Source: a plasmid
Length of the DNA stretch: 44,333 bases
Sequence record: NZ_AP023325.1
Reading direction: 5' to 3' (one strand)
Position numbers and translations under genes: made by a program
The notes under the pieces: model-generated
Database searches by the model: none
Told to the model about the DNA's origin: nothing
What the model saw: only the letters and a program-made list of their open reading frames with translations
Shown: piece by piece, positions 39,857-44,333 of the stretch
Position numbering within the stretch: the stretch's first letter is position 1
Layout of the letters: the number at the start of each line of letters is the position of its first letter

Positions 39857-40856
39857 CGATCGAACGACTTCAGCTTCTTCGTAACGTCGGTCAGTTCGAT
39901 TCCGTCACCACCGGCGCGCAAACTCCGCTTACCAGGCTATCGCTAATCTATGCCGAGAACGGTCGTGGCAAGACGACACTCGCCACCATCCTGCGCTCGC
40001 TCGGCACGGGCGACACGGCGCTGATCGATGAGCGGCGGCGGCTCGGTTCCGCTCATGCGCCGCATATCGTCCTGGCTTCGGCCGGAGCGCCATTCACCTA
40101 TCAGAACGGCGCGTGGTCGGTGCTTCATCCCGACATAGCCGTGTTCGATGACGGGTTCGTCGCCGCCAACGTCTGCTCTGGCATCGCGATCGAAACGGCG
40201 CACAAGCAGAACCTGCATGAGCTGATCTTGGGAGCGCGCGGCGTCGCGCTGAACAGCGCCCTTCAAGGCCACGTCGAACGGATCGAGGAGCATAACCGCG
40301 CGCTACGCCTGAAGGGTGATGCCATACCCGCTGCGGCTCGCGGCACCCTGACCGTCGATGCTTTCTGCAAGCTCGCGGTCAATCCGGTGATTGACGCCAG
40401 AATCGCTAGGGCAGAGCAAAGCCTATCTGCGGCCTGGGCCGCCGGTGCAATCCGGGTGCGCCCGGCCTTCACGGCGCTATCCCTACCAACCTTCGATCGC
40501 GATGGCCTGAATGCCTTGCTCGCGCGCGGCTTGCCAGCGTTGGAAGCGGACGCCGCCGCGCGGGTAAAGGCTCACCTTCGTCGCCTCGGTCGGGATGGGG
40601 AGACATGGGTAGGGAGGGCATGACGCGCATTGCCGGCGCGTCGCAAGACCAACCTGGCGAGATATGCCCATTCTGTGCGCAGGATCTCGCGGCTTCCCGC
40701 TGATCCGGCATTACCAAGCCTATTTCAGCGATGCCTATGCCGAGCTGCGCAACACGATCAACCAAATCGGGAAGGGGATCAACACGACGCATGGCGGCGA
40801 CGTGCCGGCGGCATTCGAACGAGCGGTGCGCGTCGCGGTAGAAAATCGGGAGTTCT
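39853..40856 (+). pseudogene. 5' half of the AAA_13/RloC-PrrC-like ABC ATPase gene. Walker A ENGRGKTTL, coiled-coil insert, CPFCAQDL zinc-hook-like motif. 1 frameshift ~40615. Cut at 40856 by transposon 1.
   Basis: Own translation. In-frame continuation at 2934 after removing the transposon and one TSD. Confidence 0.7.
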
Positions 40857-40894
40857 GGGGACCGGTGAGAGGATGGTCGAAAACGTACGCTAAG
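40857..40894. repeat. 38-bp terminal IR of transposon 1 (GGGGACCGGTGAGAGGATGGTCGAAAACGTACGCTAAG), preceded by the TSD GTTCT (40852-40856).
   Basis: Perfect inverted match to 2891-2928. Confidence 0.85.
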
Positions 40895-43869
40895 CGTCCC
40901 GGCTTTGCTGGTGGAGGCGCAGCGGCCTGAACCGCTCGCGAGGTTTGTCGATCTCGCCCCAGAGATAGTCGCCGGTGAGGCCGATATGCTCCCAGCCCAG
41001 AGGGGCGACGTGGGCGAGCAGCTCGTCGGGCACGTCGACGCCGCTGCCGCGCAGATGACGGACAGCTCGGTCGAGATAGACGGTGTTCCAGAGCGTCATG
41101 GCCGCGGTGACGAGGGTCAGGCCGGAGGCGCGATGGCGCTGGTTCTCGAAGGTGCGGTCGCGCAGTTCGCCGAGGCGGTTGAAGAAGATGGCGCGGGCGA
41201 GCGCGTTGCGGGCCTCGCCCTTGTTGAGAATGCTGCCGGTGCGACGACGCTGGTCGGGATCATCGAACCAGTCGAGCATGAACAGGGTGCGTTCGATCCG
41301 ACCTATCTCCGCAGCGCGCGGGCGACCGAGTTCTGACGCGGGAAGCCCGCCAGCTTGCGGAGCATGACCGAGGCGCTCACCGTGCCGGCGCGGATCGAGG
41401 CGGCAAGGCGCAGGGTTTCGTCCCAGTTCTCCTCGATCGCGCGGATCTTGACCGGACCGGCGACGAGCGGGCGCAGCGTCGGCCACGAGTCGAGCGGCGA
41501 CAGGCTGTAGAGCCGGCGCTCGTTGAGGTCGCGGATGCGGGGCGCGAAGCGGAAGCCGAGCAGATGGCACAGGCCGAAGACATGATCGACCGCGCCGGCG
41601 GTATCGGTCGCATGTTCGCGGATGACCAGCTCGCTTTCATGGTCGAGCAGGCCGTCGAGGACATGCGCGGCCTCGCCGGCATTGGCGGCGATGACCTTGG
41701 TGTGGAACGGCGTGAAGCGGTCGGTGACGTGGGTGTAGAACAGCACGCCTGGTTCGGTGCCATAGCGGGCGTTGTGATCGGCGCGGGCCTCGCCCTGACC
41801 ACCGGCACGAAAGAACTGCCCGTCCGACGACGATGTATCGCCCGGTCCCCAGACCGCCGCGAGCGGATGCGCGGTATGGCAATCGACGATCGCCGCCAGC
41901 GCCGACAGATAGGTTTCGTCGCGCACATGCCATTCCGCCGTCCAGCGCAGGCGAGACAACGTCAGCCCGCGCGAGCTTTCGGCCATGCGGCCCGGCCGAG
42001 GTTGGTCGCATCGGCGAGGATCGCACCCATCAGCGCGGACTGGTCGGAGGCGGGCGCCGCTGCGCGCATGGACGAAACGGTCGGCGAATCCCGACCATGC
42101 GGCGACCTCGACCAGCAGATCGGTGATTCGGACGCGCGGCAGCATCGCGTAGAGCCGGGCCTTTAGCGCATCGGCATCGTCGGACGGGGATCGCCGGATC
42201 GACGATATGAGCAACTGCCCGCGTTCGATCGTCACATCGACCAGCTCGCCCGCTGCGGCTGCGCGCTCCACCTCCGTCATGCGCCGGGCCAACAGGGTGC
42301 GGCGTTCCTCGTACCATTTGGAAAAGTCGGTCGGCACAACCAGGCGCAGATCGCCGCTCGCGCGCATCGCTTCGAAGGCGGGCATGGGCAGCTGATAGTC
42401 GTCGAGCGTGCGATAGGCGCGGCTGCCGTCCACCCAGATGCTGCCCGAGCCGAGCCGCTCGCGCAGGTGGGCGATCACTGCGATCTCATAGGCGCGCCGG
42501 TCTATCGTCCCTTCCGCCGGCTGCACGACCTTGCGCCAGCGCGGCTTGATGAAGCTGGTCGGCACTCGCTTCGGCAGGACCGATCGACCGTCGCGGTACA
42601 TCGTGCGCAGCACCTCGATCGCGCCGAGCAGCGGATCAGCCAACCGCGCGGTGCGGAAGGTGAAAGCGGCGAGAAACGTCGGGGCGAAACGCCGCACGGC
42701 GGGATAGCGTTCGACCACTTCTTCCAGCCCGTCATCGGCCGAGCGCGTCAGATCCTCGGCAAAGCGGATGCTGCGTTCGAGCTGATCCCAGCCCATCTTC
42801 GCGTCGATCGCGCGGAAGGCATCGCGCCCGCTCGCACGAGCATCTACCAGCAGGCGACCGAGCCGGGCATGGAAACGCGCGGTGTCCTTCAGCATCCGTG
42901 CCCGGCCGAGCAGCCGATCGGAGCGGGTGCGGTCGGCACGGCGGAACAGCGCGCCCACCATCTTCTCCACCATGACCAGCGCGGCGTCGGTCAACGTCGC
43001 TTCCATCTCGATCACGGAAGCTACGAGCATGGCGAGCCGGCGCGGACGTTCGAGACGCCGCAGGTGCTGGGCGGTGACGATGCCGGCGGTCCGCGCAATG
43101 ACGGCATAGCGAGCAGCATGGATACGTCGTGCTCGATCAGCCGCGATCCCGATGCCGCGCACGGTGTCGAGCCGTTCGACGATTCCCTTCAGGTCCGCGG
43201 CCGATGGTGCTTCCGGCCATTCGCGTATCCATCCTAGCCGGGTGCGCCCATCATCGTCGGAGGCGATCATGTGTTCGAGTGCGGCTTCCTGTTCGGTCGA
43301 ACAGTCGCGGATCAGATTGAATGGGCCGCCTTGCGCGCCCGTGTCCGCACGATGAGGGCGAGCCGTTCCAGCGTCGATGTCGCCGGCAGTACGATCCGGT
43401 CCGCCCGCAAGCGATCGACCATGCCTGTGACGATCGTCTCACCTCTATCAGTCGAAGCGGCAATCTCCGATCCCAGCGCCAGCATCGCCCGTACATCCAC
43501 CCGCGCGAAGGCGCGCAGACCGAGCAGAGCTTCGATCTCGGCCCGGTGTTCGCGCAATGTCGTGGGGCGCGTGGCATAGCCGGTGAAGTCGTCGGCTACG
43601 CACCCGATCTGATCGGCGAGCAGCGCGAGCATGGCGGCGGGCACCGCATCCCCCGTCAGTAGCCTGCGACCGGGATGACGCAGGTAGCAAAGCTGCACCG
43701 CATAGCCGAGCCGGTTCGCCCCGCGCCGACGTCGCGCCACCTGTGCCAGATCGTCGGGACCGAGCGTATAGAGCCGTTCGATCGTCGCGCGATCGGCAGG
43801 CGGGTCGAAGATCAGCAGCTGCGCGGGCGACAGGATGGTCTTGGTCGGCATCGGCTTCCTGTTCGTCAC
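40890..43869 (-). CDS. tnpA: Tn3-family transposase TnpA of transposon 1, ~990 aa over 3 frames (at least 2 frameshifts). Its C-terminus ends inside the IR.
   Basis: N-terminus [22 protein letters not shown]…, central 655-aa piece, C-terminus …[18 protein letters not shown]…. Confidence 0.8.
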
Positions 43870-43979
43870 GAAACAGGAAAGCGTACCCGTTCATGGAGCA
43901 TAGACCAGAAGACGGGTTATGTGACATTATCGCGATTGATCGACGGGCAATGCCGCTCCGTCACGTGAACGGACGTATA
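43870..43979. promoter_or_regulatory. res: Probable res site between divergent tnpA and tnpR. Contains TGTGACA-type repeats (TTATGTGACATTA, TATATGTGACAACG).
   Basis: Seen in sequence. Canonical position. Confidence 0.45.
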
Positions 43980-44333
43980 TGTGACAACGCAGATCGGTTA
44001 CGCGCGGGTGTCCAAGGCGGACGGCAGCCGTCCACGACCTGCAGCACGACGCGCTGGTCGCGGCCGGCGTCGATCCCGAGCATATCTATGAGGATGCCGC
44101 ATCGGGCCGGCTCGACAAGCGACCGGGACTGGACGCCTGCCTGAAGGCGCTGCGCCGCGACGACACGCTGGTCATCTGGAAACTCGATCGGCTCGGCCGC
44201 GATTTGCGCCACCTCGTCAATACGGTTGGTGATCTGACGAAGCGTGGCATCGGGTTGAAGGTGCTGGCGGGCGAAGGCGCGTCGATTGACACAACCACCG
44301 CCAACGGTCGGCTGATCTTCGCGATTTTCGCCG
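43980..44333 (+). CDS. tnpR: Serine resolvase TnpR of transposon 1, N-terminal part (GTG start). Indel at ~44030. Runs off the window end and continues at base 3.
   Basis: VTTQIGYARVSKADGS…DTLVIWKLDRLGRDLRHLV…GRLIFAIFA. Confidence 0.8.

Larger units (their letters stand above)
40857..44333. mobile_element. Left-hand part of Tn3-family transposon 1 (IR, tnpA, res, tnpR 5' end). Continues at 1..2928.
   Basis: IR/TSD pair. tnpA-res-tnpR organisation. Confidence 0.8.

Noticed and set aside
40890-41570. Separate 226-aa ORF
   Set aside because: It is the C-terminal frame of tnpA of transposon 1 (…[18 protein letters not shown]), not an independent gene.
1-44333. CRISPR arrays, tRNA/rRNA genes
   Set aside because: No regularly spaced direct repeats with unique spacers and no cloverleaf-like or rRNA-like segments were seen. 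The iterons and par heptads are better explained as replication and partition sites.

Overview
The window is a GC-rich (about 65-70% GC) accessory replicon of alphaproteobacterial (sphingomonad/rhizobial) type. It is almost certainly a complete 44.3-kb circular plasmid: a serine-resolvase ORF that begins at 43980 and runs off the window end continues in the same frame at base 3 of the window start.

Contents I can support from the sequence:
- Replication and partition: an iteron-type oriV with a DnaA box, a RepA initiator, and parA-parG with heptad centromere repeats.
- Transfer: a Ti-like DNA-transfer module only (oriT, TraA relaxase/helicase, TraC, TraD, TraG coupling protein), with no mating-pair-formation genes.
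- Restriction-modification: a vsr/C5-methyltransferase/GIY-YIG endonuclease unit.
- Metal and stress: an RND heavy-metal efflux operon (membrane fusion protein, pump, outer-membrane factor) with a two-component system, plus a LysR/YeiH, DUF305, YVTN beta-propeller cluster.
- Transposon 1, a Tn3-family element (40857..wrap..2928) with perfect 38-bp inverted repeats and a 5-bp GTTCT target duplication. It carries a BigR-like H2S/persulfide detox cargo (ArsR/BigR, rhodanese-YgaP, TauE/SafE, and a divergent ETHE1/Blh-like MBL dioxygenase). It has split an AAA_13/RloC-PrrC-like ABC ATPase gene that sits downstream of a small PD-(D/E)xK-like gene; I read that pair as a candidate phage-defence/abortive-infection locus.
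- Transposon 2, a Tn3-family element (13026..20860, target duplication CTATC) inserted in traG. It carries a degenerate tnpA, tnpR, a nested tniA-tniB module with no tniQ bounded by ~52-bp inverted repeats, an extra serine invertase and a low-GC unknown gene.

Many genes show single-base frameshifts. I take these to be assembly errors rather than pseudogenes, because in the four junctions I reconstructed base by base (YgaP, ArsR x2, AAA ATPase) the observed sequence is one base short in a short C or G run and protein sequence conservation continues unbroken across every break. Coordinates of gene ends at frameshifted genes are therefore approximate.
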